Positions 32,909 to 42,708 of a stretch of 64,000 bases of DNA are shown piece after piece. Source of the DNA: an uncultured bacterium (lineage in GTDB: Bacteria > Acidobacteriota > Thermoanaerobaculia > Multivoradales > JAHZIX01); the NCBI GenBank assembly GCA_965368975.1, contig CBDUPA010000009.1, forward strand, positions 64,001-128,000, given 5' to 3'. Position 1 is the first letter of the stretch. Every line of letters begins with the position of its first letter. Below the pieces are notes generated by a model. It was not told the origin of the DNA. It ran no database searches and saw nothing but the letters and a program-made list of their open reading frames with translations. A program made the translations under genes and the position numbers.

Positions 32909-33400
32909 ATGTCAGAAGCAAATTTCGTTCTTTATGAGGAGGAGTTCCAGAGCCTGGAAGAGGCACTCCGGCGACTGCGCCAGGAGTCCAATGCCAAGGC
33001 GGTGTTCCTCATCGACAAGAACGGTCAGCAGATCGCTGCTGCGGGCGAAATCGAGCAGTTCGACACGACCTCGCTGGCATCGCTGACGGCTGGCAACGTG
33101 GCGGCCACGGACGGCCTCGCCAAGCTGATCGGCGAACGCGAGTTCTCGGTGCTGTTCCACGAAGGCCAACAGGACCACATTCACATCTCGATCGTCGCCA
33201 AGAAGGCGATCCTGGTGGTGATCTTCGACGACCGGTCCTCGCTGGGCCTGGTTCGCCTGCGAGTCAAGCGCGCCAGCGGTGACCTCGAGAAGATCTTCGA
33301 TGCCATGGCTCAGAAGATGCAAGCTGGCGGCACTTCCGCCGCTGCCAGTCCGTTCTCGGAGATCACGGACGACGATATCGACGCGCTGTTCAGTGAGTAA
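32909..33400 (+). CDS. mglB: MglB roadblock/LC7 protein (GAP)
   Basis: VFLIDKNGQ, DTTSLASLTAGNVAAT, SSLGLVRLR, C-terminal ITDDDIDALF as in Myxococcus MglB. Confidence 0.93.
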   Translation: MSEANFVLYEEEFQSLEEALRRLRQESNAKAVFLIDKNGQQIAAAGEIEQFDTTSLASLTAGNVAATDGLAKLIGEREFSVLFHEGQQDHIHISIVAKKAILVVIFDDRSSLGLVRLRVKRASGDLEKIFDAMAQKMQAGGTSAAASPFSEITDDDIDALFSE

Positions 33401-33522
33401 CAGCTCAGCATAGACCGGTGGGCAGCTCTGAAACTTTCGAGCCGGGCGTCGATCCCTGTGACGCGTAACCCGGGTAAAGCAGACGACAAGGCGCTCCGCC
33501 AAATACTGATTCGAGGTTAGGA

Positions 33523-34107
33523 ATGGCGTTCATCAACTACGCCAGCAAGGAAATCAACTGCAAGATCGTGTACTACGGTCCCGGTCTATGCGGTAAGACG
33601 ACCAACCTGCAGTTCATCTACAGCAAGACCTCGCCGGAAACCCGGGGCAAGATGATCTCGCTGGCCACCGAAACAGACCGCACTCTGTTCTTCGATTTCC
33701 TTCCTTTGGACCTGGGTACCATCCGCGGGTTCACCACCCGGTTTCACCTGTACACGGTGCCGGGGCAGGTCTACTACGATGCCAGCCGCAAGCTGATCCT
33801 CAAGGGGGTCGACGGAATCGTCTTCGTGGCTGATAGCCAGGAAGAGCGAATGGAGGCCAACATCGAGTCCATTCGCAACCTGGAAGAGAATCTGAAGGAG
33901 AATGGCTTCGAGCTGAAGACGATCCCGTACGCGCTGCAGTTCAACAAGCGTGATCTGCCCAATGCGATGCCGGTCGACGAGATGTACCGCATTCTCAACT
34001 ACAAGCGAGAACCCACTTTCGAAGGCATCGCGACGACGGGCAAGGGCGTTTTCGACACCCTGAAGTCGGTCGCAAAGCAAATCTTGGTGGAACTGCGCAA
34101 GCGGTGA
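33523..34107 (+). CDS. mglA: MglA small Ras-like GTPase
   Basis: [38 protein letters not shown]. Confidence 0.96.
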   Translation: MAFINYASKEINCKIVYYGPGLCGKTTNLQFIYSKTSPETRGKMISLATETDRTLFFDFLPLDLGTIRGFTTRFHLYTVPGQVYYDASRKLILKGVDGIVFVADSQEERMEANIESIRNLEENLKENGFELKTIPYALQFNKRDLPNAMPVDEMYRILNYKREPTFEGIATTGKGVFDTLKSVAKQILVELRKR

Positions 34108-34339
34108 CGCCGGTGCGTGATGCGCTCCCGAGCGCACGCCCGCCGTCATTCCGCGGTCCCTCCACCGGGCTGCGACATGCTGGGCTGCCACAAGCTAGGC
34201 TGCGGCAGACCGGAACAAGACCCGCCGGGCGGTGACACCGCTCGATGCCCGACTCCAACCCACTCCACTCCGCGACATCACTCCACCGGAATCTCCGGTG
34301 GTCATCTCGCTAGAACCCACCATCAGCCAGGAAACTACG

Positions 34340-34963
34340 ATGGCAAGACGCTGGAATCAAGAAAATTTGGACGAACTGAAGGCGCGGTCCGCCGGTACTT
34401 CGGTGGAAGATCTCGCCAAGCAGTTCAAGAGCACGCCGGTCACGATCCGCAAGAAGCTCAAAGAGCTCGGCGTCGGCGACGACGAACCGGAACGGGGCGT
34501 GTACGAAGACCCGCTGGTCGACAGCTACGGCGAGGCCGTCAAGGCCATGTATAGCGGCAAGTGGCAGAAGGCTGCCGATCTGCTGCGGCAGGTGATCGAC
34601 GGCGTCGACATGGTGGAGGTCGCCGAGCGAGCCCGCCAGATGCTCAACGTCTGCGAGCATCACCTGGGCAGCGGCGCTGGCGACGACATCGATCCGTTCC
34701 TGCAGGCCGTGTACGCCAAGAACCGGGGCGACTTCGACACCGCTGCCGAGCTGTGCCAGGACAAGAAGAACCAAGAGGACGAGCGGTTCATCTACCTCAG
34801 CGCCTCCCTGCACGCCCTCCAGGCACGCCCGGAGGAAGCAGCCACGGAACTGACCAAGGCCATCGAGATGAACCCCAAGAATCGCGTCTATGCCTTCCAT
34901 GACCCGGACTTCGAAGCTCTCCGACAGGAGCAAGAGTACGCTGGCGTCTTCGGTCTCGAATAA
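34340..34963 (+). CDS. TPR-containing protein with short N-terminal HTH-like segment
   Basis: SVEDLAKQFKSTPVTIRKKL; TPR helices; C-terminal AFHDPDFEAL. Confidence 0.7.
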   Translation: MARRWNQENLDELKARSAGTSVEDLAKQFKSTPVTIRKKLKELGVGDDEPERGVYEDPLVDSYGEAVKAMYSGKWQKAADLLRQVIDGVDMVEVAERARQMLNVCEHHLGSGAGDDIDPFLQAVYAKNRGDFDTAAELCQDKKNQEDERFIYLSASLHALQARPEEAATELTKAIEMNPKNRVYAFHDPDFEALRQEQEYAGVFGLE

Positions 34964-35957
34964 GCGGCCATCTCTGGTCGCGATCGGCGGCGGTACGGGC
35001 TTGGCCGCGGTTCTGCGCGGTCTCAAGCATGAAGTCGGTGCCACCCTCGGCGAGCTGACCGCGGTGGTCACCGTGACCGATGACGGCGGCTCATCCGGCC
35101 GCCTGCGCCGCGACTTCGGCGTCCTGCCGCCGGGCGACATTCGCAACTGCATCGCCGCCCTGGCGGATGACGAGGATCTGCTGACGCGGCTCTTCCAGTA
35201 CCGCTTCGCTTCCGGTGAAGGGCTCTCGGGACACTCGTTCGGCAACCTCTTTCTGACCGCCCTCACCGGGATCACCGGCGACTTCTACCAGGCGATCTTG
35301 ACCGCCGAGGAGATCTTGTCGGTGCGCGGGCGCATCCTCCCCGCGACACTCACGGATGTGCGGTTGCGGGCCCGTGGCCAGTCGGGCCAGGTGTACGAGG
35401 GCGAATCGGCGATCGGGCACTCGGGCGAAGACCTCGCCCAGCTCGAGCTGGACCCGGCCGCTCCCGCCGCCTTTCCACAGGCCGCCCAGGCGCTCCGGGC
35501 AGCCGACCTGATCCTGCTGGGTCCTGGCTCGCTCTACACCTCGATCCTGCCCAATCTGCTGATCCCTGGTATCCGTCAGGCGATCTGCGACAGCCAGGCC
35601 CCCGTGGTCTTGCTGCTCAACCTGATGACGCAGCCCGGAGAAACCGACGGCATGGCCGCCCGGGACCACCTGATGGCGATCGAGTCGATTATCGGCAGCG
35701 GTCTCGTGGATGCGGTAGTCTTGCACGATGCACCCCTGCCGGCAACACGCCTGCGGTCGTACCAGGCCGTAGGATCGGAAGCTGTGGATGCGGCGCCAGG
35801 GGCGTTCGAGGGCTGCGGCGTACGTGTCATCCGCACCGACCTGCTGGCCGAGGGCGAGCTGATTCGCCATGACCCGAGCAAGCTCGCCGCTGTCGTGCTG
35901 AGCCTGCTGCGAACTCCACACCAGCTGCGACCCAAGCTGGCGGCCGTTCCGACCTGA
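34890..35957 (+). CDS. yvcK: YvcK/CofD-like UDP-GlcNAc-binding protein
   Basis: IGGGTGL, DDGGSSGRLR, PPGDIRN, GHSFGNL, GPGSLYTS, QPGET, RHD; true start probably nearer 34940. Confidence 0.93.
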   Translation: MPSMTRTSKLSDRSKSTLASSVSNKRPSLVAIGGGTGLAAVLRGLKHEVGATLGELTAVVTVTDDGGSSGRLRRDFGVLPPGDIRNCIAALADDEDLLTRLFQYRFASGEGLSGHSFGNLFLTALTGITGDFYQAILTAEEILSVRGRILPATLTDVRLRARGQSGQVYEGESAIGHSGEDLAQLELDPAAPAAFPQAAQALRAADLILLGPGSLYTSILPNLLIPGIRQAICDSQAPVVLLLNLMTQPGETDGMAARDHLMAIESIIGSGLVDAVVLHDAPLPATRLRSYQAVGSEAVDAAPGAFEGCGVRVIRTDLLAEGELIRHDPSKLAAVVLSLLRTPHQLRPKLAAVPT

Positions 35958-35977
35958 ACCCCCCTTCCCGGGAGATC

Positions 35978-37402
35978 GTGATGAGTTCATCCGCCCCCAC
36001 CGCCGTCATTCTGGCCGCTGGCCGGGGTACCCGTATGCGCTCGCAGCTGCCCAAGGTGCTGCACCCGGTGGCTGGCAAGCCGATGCTGGAGTGGGTTCTC
36101 GACACGGCCCGCCAGGCCGGCTGTGGACGGCTGCTGGTTGTGGTGCGCCCGGATTCCGACGAGATCCGTGAGCACTTCCGAGATGCCGCGGATATCGAGT
36201 GGGTGCTGCAGCCCGAGCCGAAGGGCACCGGCCACGCGGTGGCAGTGGCGGAGCCACACGTGGGACCTGGTACTGCAGCTGACTCGACGTTGCTGGTGTT
36301 GTCCGGCGACGTGCCGCTGGTGACCGTGCAAACCCTGCGCCGCTTGCTCGAGGCCGCCGAGGCCGGTTGGGGCTCGATGGCGGTCGCCGAGCTGGAGCAG
36401 CCGGGCTCGCTGGGCCGCGTGCTGAGCACCGGCGACGGCCAGCCTGGCCCGGAACACCTGAGCCGTATCGTCGAGGCTGCCGACGCTGCTCCCGAGGAAC
36501 TGGCGGTGCGGTGCATCAATGCCGGTCTGTACGCGCTGCCGGCCGGCGTCCTGTTCGAGCAACTGCGGCAGCTGGACACTGACAACGCTCAGGGAGAGCT
36601 GTACCTGACTGACGCGGTGACCGGTGCCGCCGCCGCCGGTCATCCGGTAGCGCTGGTCGACCTCGATGACCCCGCCGAAGCCTGGGGAGTCAACACGCGG
36701 GTCGAGCTGGCGCGCGTACACCAACGCCTGCTGCGGCGCCACACGGAGGCGTTGATGCTCAGCGGCGTCACCCTCCTGGATCCGGAGCGCACCACCATCG
36801 AGCCCTGCGTGCGCGTGGGCCGCGATACGGTGATTCACTCCGGCGTCACGCTACTCGGCGACACCGAGATCGGGCAAGGCTGCGAGCTGCACGCCGGAGT
36901 CTGGCTGCGCGACAGCCGGCTGGCCGACTGCGTCGAGGTGCTGCCGTACAGCGTGATCGAGGGCGCCGAGCTGGATGCGGGAGGCCGCGTCGGTCCATTC
37001 ACCCGCTTGCGCCCCGGTGCCGAGCTGGGGCCGGACGTGCGCATCGGCAACTTCGTGGAGGTGAAGAAGTCACGGCTGGCGCGCGGCGTCAAGGCAGGGC
37101 ACCTGGCCTACATCGGCGACGCCGAGATCGGCGAGGAGACCAACGTCGGTGCCGGTGTCGTGACTTGCAACTACGACGGCCGCTTCAAGCACAAGACGAC
37201 GATCGGGGCTGAAGCGTTCATCGGCAGCGACACCATGCTGGTCGCCCCCGTGAAGGTCGGTGACCGCGCCACTACCGCCGCCGGCTCGACGATCACCCAG
37301 GACGTGCCCGAGGAGCACTTGGGCGTCGGCCGCGGACGCCAGCGCAACGTACCGGGTTGGCGCCAGCGGCAAGAGAAGAAGTGGCGCGGCGAGGAAAGCT
37401 GA
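35978..37402 (+). CDS. glmU: Bifunctional UDP-GlcNAc pyrophosphorylase/glucosamine-1-P acetyltransferase
   Basis: LAAGRGTRM..PKVLH, GTGHA, NAQGELYLTD, GNFVEVK, HLAYIGDA, CNYDG. Confidence 0.97.
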   Translation: MMSSSAPTAVILAAGRGTRMRSQLPKVLHPVAGKPMLEWVLDTARQAGCGRLLVVVRPDSDEIREHFRDAADIEWVLQPEPKGTGHAVAVAEPHVGPGTAADSTLLVLSGDVPLVTVQTLRRLLEAAEAGWGSMAVAELEQPGSLGRVLSTGDGQPGPEHLSRIVEAADAAPEELAVRCINAGLYALPAGVLFEQLRQLDTDNAQGELYLTDAVTGAAAAGHPVALVDLDDPAEAWGVNTRVELARVHQRLLRRHTEALMLSGVTLLDPERTTIEPCVRVGRDTVIHSGVTLLGDTEIGQGCELHAGVWLRDSRLADCVEVLPYSVIEGAELDAGGRVGPFTRLRPGAELGPDVRIGNFVEVKKSRLARGVKAGHLAYIGDAEIGEETNVGAGVVTCNYDGRFKHKTTIGAEAFIGSDTMLVAPVKVGDRATTAAGSTITQDVPEEHLGVGRGRQRNVPGWRQRQEKKWRGEES

Positions 37403-37417
37403 GCCCCCTTCGAGACG

Positions 37418-39910
37418 TCAGCCCTTCATGTGGTTGAGATAGTCGTTCTCGACGCGCTGGCGTAGCTGGCGCAAACCGGCCCGGTCGAGTTCGCCTCGGC
37501 GCGCTTCGGCGAACAGCATTTGCCACAGCTGGGGGTTACCCTGGTCGGCTTCGCTGACCCGGTGCTCGCGGAATGCTTCGTGCTGGCCATCGCCGACCGC
37601 GAACCACGAGACGTCTGTGAAACCGCAGGTTTGCAGGACGTGGGCCAGGAGTTCGCGATTCCACAGGAAGCCACGGCCCTCGCCGTGGAAGGCGCGGTTG
37701 AGCCGTAGGGCGGCCTGGATGCGCCCATCCGCGTCACCTTCCAGGCGGTAGGGCGTGTGCCACTCCCAATCCAGGTTGGGCGTCGACAAGCGTAGCGCGC
37801 CCTCCTTACCAAGTGCAGCGTGACAGTGCTCCAGCAGGTCTACGGCCTGGTCCAGCGGCAGATGTTCGAGCGTGTCGTTTAGGTAGAGCGCGTCGGTCTT
37901 GGCGGGCTTCTGTGAACCGGCACCGTTGACCGGCTGTCCGTTACTTGGCACCACGTGGTCGAGGAACTCCTGGCGAATCTGAGCGCGCAGCCGCTCCAGG
38001 ACCTCGGGCTGCTTGGCGCCCTTGACCGCCTCGACGATCAGCACGTGCGGCAGGTCTGGACTGTCCGGGTAGGTCTCGTGCCGTTCCAGCTGACGGAACT
38101 CCACACGGTTGCTGTCGCCGTAAGCGTGCCAGGAGAGATCCTCGAAGCCGCAGGCAGTCAGGGCTCGCGCCAAGATTTCCTTGTTCCACAGGAAGCGGTG
38201 CTCCCACCCTCGAAAGGCGCGATTGAGCACGATGGCGCGGTTGGCGCGCTCGTGCTCCGGGCCCTCGAAAGTGTATTGGTTGAGCCACACCCAGTCCAGG
38301 TTGGGCGTCGACAGGCGAATCACGCCGCCGTCGACCAGGGTGTCGTGGCTGCGCTCGAGAAAGCTGAGCACGTCGTCGATGTGCAGATGCTCGAGGAAGT
38401 GCTCGGCGTAGATGCGCTCGGCGCCCCGGAACCGCAGTCCCTTGGTCACGTCGGCGACCACGTCGACCTGCGGCAGAGGCTGCATGTCGATGTTCACCCA
38501 GCCTTCGAGCCGCTTGTTGCCGCAACCGATGTGCAGCCACGGCCGGCGGAACGCTTCGGGAGCCAGGCGCAGGGCCCGGCGACGCAAGAGCTTGCGCCAC
38601 AGCGCACGGGCGCGCACTTGCACGCCATGGTAGAGACGGAACGCCAGCACCTCGGCAGCGCGCCGGATCTGGCGCGGTGCGCCGAACCAGCGCACTTCTT
38701 TGCCTCTCATCTCGTCCAGTGCCTCGTCGAGGTCATGGTAGAACTCCTCGTCGGCCCGAAAGTACATGTTCTTGAGCGCGCAGCGGTGGGACTCGATGCA
38801 CTGCGGCTCGAGCGCCGTGAAGCGGCCCGGACGCTGGAACACTCGGCCGCGCGTCAGCATCACTTCGCGATGCTCTTGGCGCAGGCGCGTGAACCCCTCG
38901 CCGTTCCACACCTCTTGCACCGAGCCCTCGCGGGCGTTGGCCAGCGGCTTGTACTCGGGATTCATCAGCATGCAGCAGGGGTACATCTCGCCGGTGCCGC
39001 GGATGGTCGCGGTATACCAGCCGAAGAAGCATTGACCGTTGCGCGCCTCGTCGAACGACTTTGCCGCAGGAAAGGCATGCTGCGACGGGATCGCCAGCGA
39101 CGCGCGCAGGCGCTCGGTCATGTCGTTCCATTCCGGCCACGGGAAGCACATCTGCAACAGCCCGGCTTCCTGGTCTTCGCGCAGCACCTGCTCCAGATAC
39201 GGGCGCACCAGCTGATGGTCATTGTGACCGAGCAGCGCCTTGCCTTCGAGCCGCTGTAGCGGAATCTCGAGCACTGCATTGAGCGCGATGCGGTCGACCC
39301 CCAGCTCGCGGCCCAGGCGGTACATCTCGGGTAACCGCCGGTAGTTGACCGGATCGAGCAGGAACTGCACAACCACCGTGGGCAGCGGTGCATCACCGCG
39401 CGCCGCCAGCAGGTGCCGCAGGTTGCTGAGCACGTCGTCGTAGGTACGGGCACGCACCCGCATCATGCGTTGGTAGTCCTCGGCGTCGACGGCGTTGAGC
39501 GACACGATCACTTCGCGCGCTCCGTCAGCCACCAGGCGATCCGCGATCTCGGGCTTGAGCAGGGCCCCGTTGGTGGTCAGGTTGTCGATCACCACGCCGT
39601 GCTCGGCGAGCGCCGCCTGCACGGCCGGGAAGTGCTTGTACATGAGCGGATCGCCGCCCCCGGACATGCGTACCGACTTGAGCCCACTGGCCGCCAGCTC
39701 ACCCAGGAGCCGCTCCACCTCTTCCAGCGGAATGGACTCCTTGGTGCGCACATCCATCTGGTTGCAGAAGTAGCACGCGACGTTGCAGCGGTCTGTGAGA
39801 TCCAACTCGGCATGCACCGGCCCGGACGTCGGTCCGCCCGTGCGGATCGCGTCGATCAGCTCTCGTTTGCGTTCTTGGTCTACCAGGCTCCAGCCGTGAC
39901 TTGCCGACAT
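37418..39910 (-). CDS. Radical SAM (SPASM/twitch) protein fused to two methyltransferase-like domains
   Basis: CNVACYFC, SGGGDP, TTNG, auxiliary Cys (CFFGW..YPCC..C....C); LHIGCG..WVNID..EHFLEH..RLSTPNL; second partial copy DTLEHL..RLSTPNL. Confidence 0.88.
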   Translation of the reverse strand: MSASHGWSLVDQERKRELIDAIRTGGPTSGPVHAELDLTDRCNVACYFCNQMDVRTKESIPLEEVERLLGELAASGLKSVRMSGGGDPLMYKHFPAVQAALAEHGVVIDNLTTNGALLKPEIADRLVADGAREVIVSLNAVDAEDYQRMMRVRARTYDDVLSNLRHLLAARGDAPLPTVVVQFLLDPVNYRRLPEMYRLGRELGVDRIALNAVLEIPLQRLEGKALLGHNDHQLVRPYLEQVLREDQEAGLLQMCFPWPEWNDMTERLRASLAIPSQHAFPAAKSFDEARNGQCFFGWYTATIRGTGEMYPCCMLMNPEYKPLANAREGSVQEVWNGEGFTRLRQEHREVMLTRGRVFQRPGRFTALEPQCIESHRCALKNMYFRADEEFYHDLDEALDEMRGKEVRWFGAPRQIRRAAEVLAFRLYHGVQVRARALWRKLLRRRALRLAPEAFRRPWLHIGCGNKRLEGWVNIDMQPLPQVDVVADVTKGLRFRGAERIYAEHFLEHLHIDDVLSFLERSHDTLVDGGVIRLSTPNLDWVWLNQYTFEGPEHERANRAIVLNRAFRGWEHRFLWNKEILARALTACGFEDLSWHAYGDSNRVEFRQLERHETYPDSPDLPHVLIVEAVKGAKQPEVLERLRAQIRQEFLDHVVPSNGQPVNGAGSQKPAKTDALYLNDTLEHLPLDQAVDLLEHCHAALGKEGALRLSTPNLDWEWHTPYRLEGDADGRIQAALRLNRAFHGEGRGFLWNRELLAHVLQTCGFTDVSWFAVGDGQHEAFREHRVSEADQGNPQLWQMLFAEARRGELDRAGLRQLRQRVENDYLNHMKG

Positions 39911-39988
39911 GCGAGGAGCCTATCATCGCGGCTCTAGTGCGGGAATTTTCACCGCGCTGTTTGCTGCTGTAAGGAAGCAGGAGGCATC

Positions 39989-41167
39989 ATGTCCGAGACT
40001 TCACCGTCCAAGAGAAGCGGGCGGCAGCGCGTCGCGCGCGCGTTGTCGTTCACAGCGTTGAGCATCTTGCTGCTCTTGCTGGCTTCGGCCGGCGTCGAAA
40101 GCTGGTTGCAGGCACGGGAAGACGAGCGCGTGCCGGCTCCGGGTGAGCGCGTTGATGTCGGCGGCTATCTCTTGCATTTGAACTGCCAGGGCCGAGGGTC
40201 GCCGACCGTGGTCTTGGAGAGCGGCCTCGGCATGTCGTCGACATCCTGGGCCTGGATCCAGCCACGGCTAGCAGAGCGGACGCGCGTGTGCAGCTACGAC
40301 CGTGCCGGCTACGGCTGGAGCGATGGCGGCCCGGCGGCACGCGGCGGCGATCGACTGGTCGAAGACCTGCACCGGGCGCTCGAAGCTGCCGGCGAGACGG
40401 GACCGCTCCTACTAGTAGGCCACTCACTGGGCGGCTTGCTGGTGCGCCTCTACCACGGCACCTATCCGGACGACGTGGTGGGCTTGGTGCTAATCGACCC
40501 CACACTGTCGCGCTTCCGTGAGCGCACCGTGGCGCCGGACGAGATCGAACCGCTGGGCTTCTGGCATGGCCCCTCACTACTCGCCCGCTTCGGCTACGAC
40601 CGCGTGCAGAGTCTGCCGGATTCCTGGCAGACGAGTCTGCCCGAGCACGCGAACACCGCCCTGCTTCTACGTACCCGGCGGCCTTCGTCGCGCCTGGCAG
40701 CAGCCAACGAGCAGCACTACTTGCGCGCCTACCAGTGGGCGCTCTGGCAGCAGGCGGACGAGGGACGCGACAGCCCCGGCACGACTCCCGTGACGCTGAT
40801 CAAGACGACAGTGGTGGCGGACACCAGCGGTTTCGACCCCGAGCAGGTAAAGGAGATCTTGGCTCTCTTCACAGCAGCTCTGGGAGAGATGGCAGCCGCC
40901 TCCAACACCGGCGAGTTTCTGCAACCGCCGGACACCGACCACCTGTCCATCCTGCTCGACGAGGAGGATGCGCAGTGGGTGATCACCGCAGTGGACAAGC
41001 TCCTGCGGTCACTGGCGGACTCCTCCGGAGTGGGTGCAGTGGAGACAGGTGCAGTGGAGACGGGTGCAGTGGAGACGGGTGCAGTGGAGACGAGCTCGGA
41101 GGCAGATACCTCCATGACAGACTCGACGGAAACAATGGAACCTGATTCCGGAGGAGGTATGTCTTGA
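39989..41167 (+). CDS. Membrane-anchored alpha/beta hydrolase
   Basis: GSPTVVLESG, YDRAGYGWS, GHSLGG, GLVLID. Confidence 0.9.
   Translation: MSETSPSKRSGRQRVARALSFTALSILLLLLASAGVESWLQAREDERVPAPGERVDVGGYLLHLNCQGRGSPTVVLESGLGMSSTSWAWIQPRLAERTRVCSYDRAGYGWSDGGPAARGGDRLVEDLHRALEAAGETGPLLLVGHSLGGLLVRLYHGTYPDDVVGLVLIDPTLSRFRERTVAPDEIEPLGFWHGPSLLARFGYDRVQSLPDSWQTSLPEHANTALLLRTRRPSSRLAAANEQHYLRAYQWALWQQADEGRDSPGTTPVTLIKTTVVADTSGFDPEQVKEILALFTAALGEMAAASNTGEFLQPPDTDHLSILLDEEDAQWVITAVDKLLRSLADSSGVGAVETGAVETGAVETGAVETSSEADTSMTDSTETMEPDSGGGMS
41033..41092 (+). repeat. 4 x 15-bp coding tandem repeat (GAVET)
   Basis: GGTGCAGTGGAGACR x4 seen directly. Confidence 0.95.
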
Positions 41168-42636
41168 CGGTGGATTTTCGACCCCTGTTGCTGTTGCTCT
41201 TGCTGACAATCCTTCCAGTTGGTGCCCACTGCGACGAGGTACCCGAACCCGCAGCCGACGATGCGCTGGGCGAGACGTCTTTGGATAGCGTGCGACTGCT
41301 ACCCCTGCCGGCAGGCCTGCTGGTGGGCGAGGCCCCGGTCGCTGCTGAGGTCAGCGGCGACCGTATCCGCAGTGTCGAGTTGAGGGTCGACGGCGTGGTC
41401 GCCGGACGCCTGGAAGCACCGGCCTTCAAGGGCATCCTCGACCTCGGTGGCACACCGCAACGGCACACCTTGACCGCCGTCGGTCTGGACGCCGACGATC
41501 GTCCGCTGGCCCAGGATCAGCGTGGCATCAACGACGGCTACCACTACTTCGGCGTGCGCTTGGTCGAACCCAATCCGCTACGAGAGTTCGCCAGCCGCGG
41601 AGCGCTCGACGTTCCGGTGGAGGTCCGGGTGGAGGCACCGATCGGCCAGCAGGTCGAGCGGGTCGAGCTGTTCCTCGACGACCAGCTAGTGCGCACACTG
41701 CGGGAGGCTCCTTTCGTCGACCTGCTGAGTGCAGGACCGGAGGTCAGCGTTCTGCGTGCCGTCGCCTACCTTGACGACGGGCGCAGCAGTGAAGCGCTGC
41801 GCCTGCTGCGCGTGCGCGGTGAGCTGGACGAGATCGATGTCCAGCTGGTGGAGATGTACGTCAGCGTCACACGTCGGCGCGAGCCGGTGGCGGGTCTCGA
41901 GCGTGACAACTTCCGCCTTCTCGAGGGCGACGAGCCGCAGCCGATCCAACGCATCGAGCACATCGACAACCTGCCGCTCAATGTCGTGGTGTTGATGGAC
42001 AACTCCGACTCGATGAGCGGCGTGATCGCGGACGCCACCAAAAGCGCGCTGGCGTTCATCGACTCCGTGTTCACCGAGCGCGATCGCGCCGCCTTCATCG
42101 CCTTCAACCACTACGCCCAGCTGGTGTCGCCGTTCACCAACGACTTGCAGCAAATGCGGCAGGCGGTGCGTCAGCTGAAGCCGGAAGGCGGCACCCGTCT
42201 CTACGAGGCTCTGATCCACGCCACCTACTACTTCGAGGGGCGCGAAGGCAAGCGTGCTTTGGTCCTGCTGTCGGACGGCCAGGATCAGGATAGCCACTTC
42301 GACTTCTACCAGATGGAAGAGTTCGCCCTGCGCTCGGGCGTCGCGGTCTACACCATTTCGCTAGAGAACCCAGCAATCAACAACACCCGGCGAGCCCATC
42401 ACCGTGCCCGCCTCAAGCGGCTCTCCGAGAATACCGGCGGCCGTACGTTCCTCGTGTCGCTCAGTCAGACGCTGGACGAGATCTACGAGCAGATCCAGCG
42501 CGAGCTGCGCAATCAGTACTTGTTGACCTTTCACGCACCGTCCGGAGAAGCGGGTTTCCGCGAGGTGGAAGTGGAAGTTGTGGGTGTGGATGGCCGAGTT
42601 CGCGTGCTGACACGCCAGGGCTACATCGCCCAGTAG
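41164..42636 (+). CDS. Secreted Ig-like + VWA domain protein (acidobacterial VWFA-related)
   Basis: Signal peptide, two Ig-like domains, MIDAS DNSDS, GGT, SDG, ends TRQGYI. Confidence 0.88.
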   Translation: MTVDFRPLLLLLLLTILPVGAHCDEVPEPAADDALGETSLDSVRLLPLPAGLLVGEAPVAAEVSGDRIRSVELRVDGVVAGRLEAPAFKGILDLGGTPQRHTLTAVGLDADDRPLAQDQRGINDGYHYFGVRLVEPNPLREFASRGALDVPVEVRVEAPIGQQVERVELFLDDQLVRTLREAPFVDLLSAGPEVSVLRAVAYLDDGRSSEALRLLRVRGELDEIDVQLVEMYVSVTRRREPVAGLERDNFRLLEGDEPQPIQRIEHIDNLPLNVVVLMDNSDSMSGVIADATKSALAFIDSVFTERDRAAFIAFNHYAQLVSPFTNDLQQMRQAVRQLKPEGGTRLYEALIHATYYFEGREGKRALVLLSDGQDQDSHFDFYQMEEFALRSGVAVYTISLENPAINNTRRAHHRARLKRLSENTGGRTFLVSLSQTLDEIYEQIQRELRNQYLLTFHAPSGEAGFREVEVEVVGVDGRVRVLTRQGYIAQ

Positions 42637-42708
42637 CTCCGCTGCTTCCGCTTCCCCGGTCGAGCCGGCCGCGTCCGAGCCCGGACGCATGTATTGGAGG
42701 AGATCCCC

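Noticed and set aside
14916-41092. 15-bp tandem repeats (14916-14990 and 41033-41092) as CRISPR arrays
   Set aside because: No spacers, in-frame coding repeats, no cas genes.
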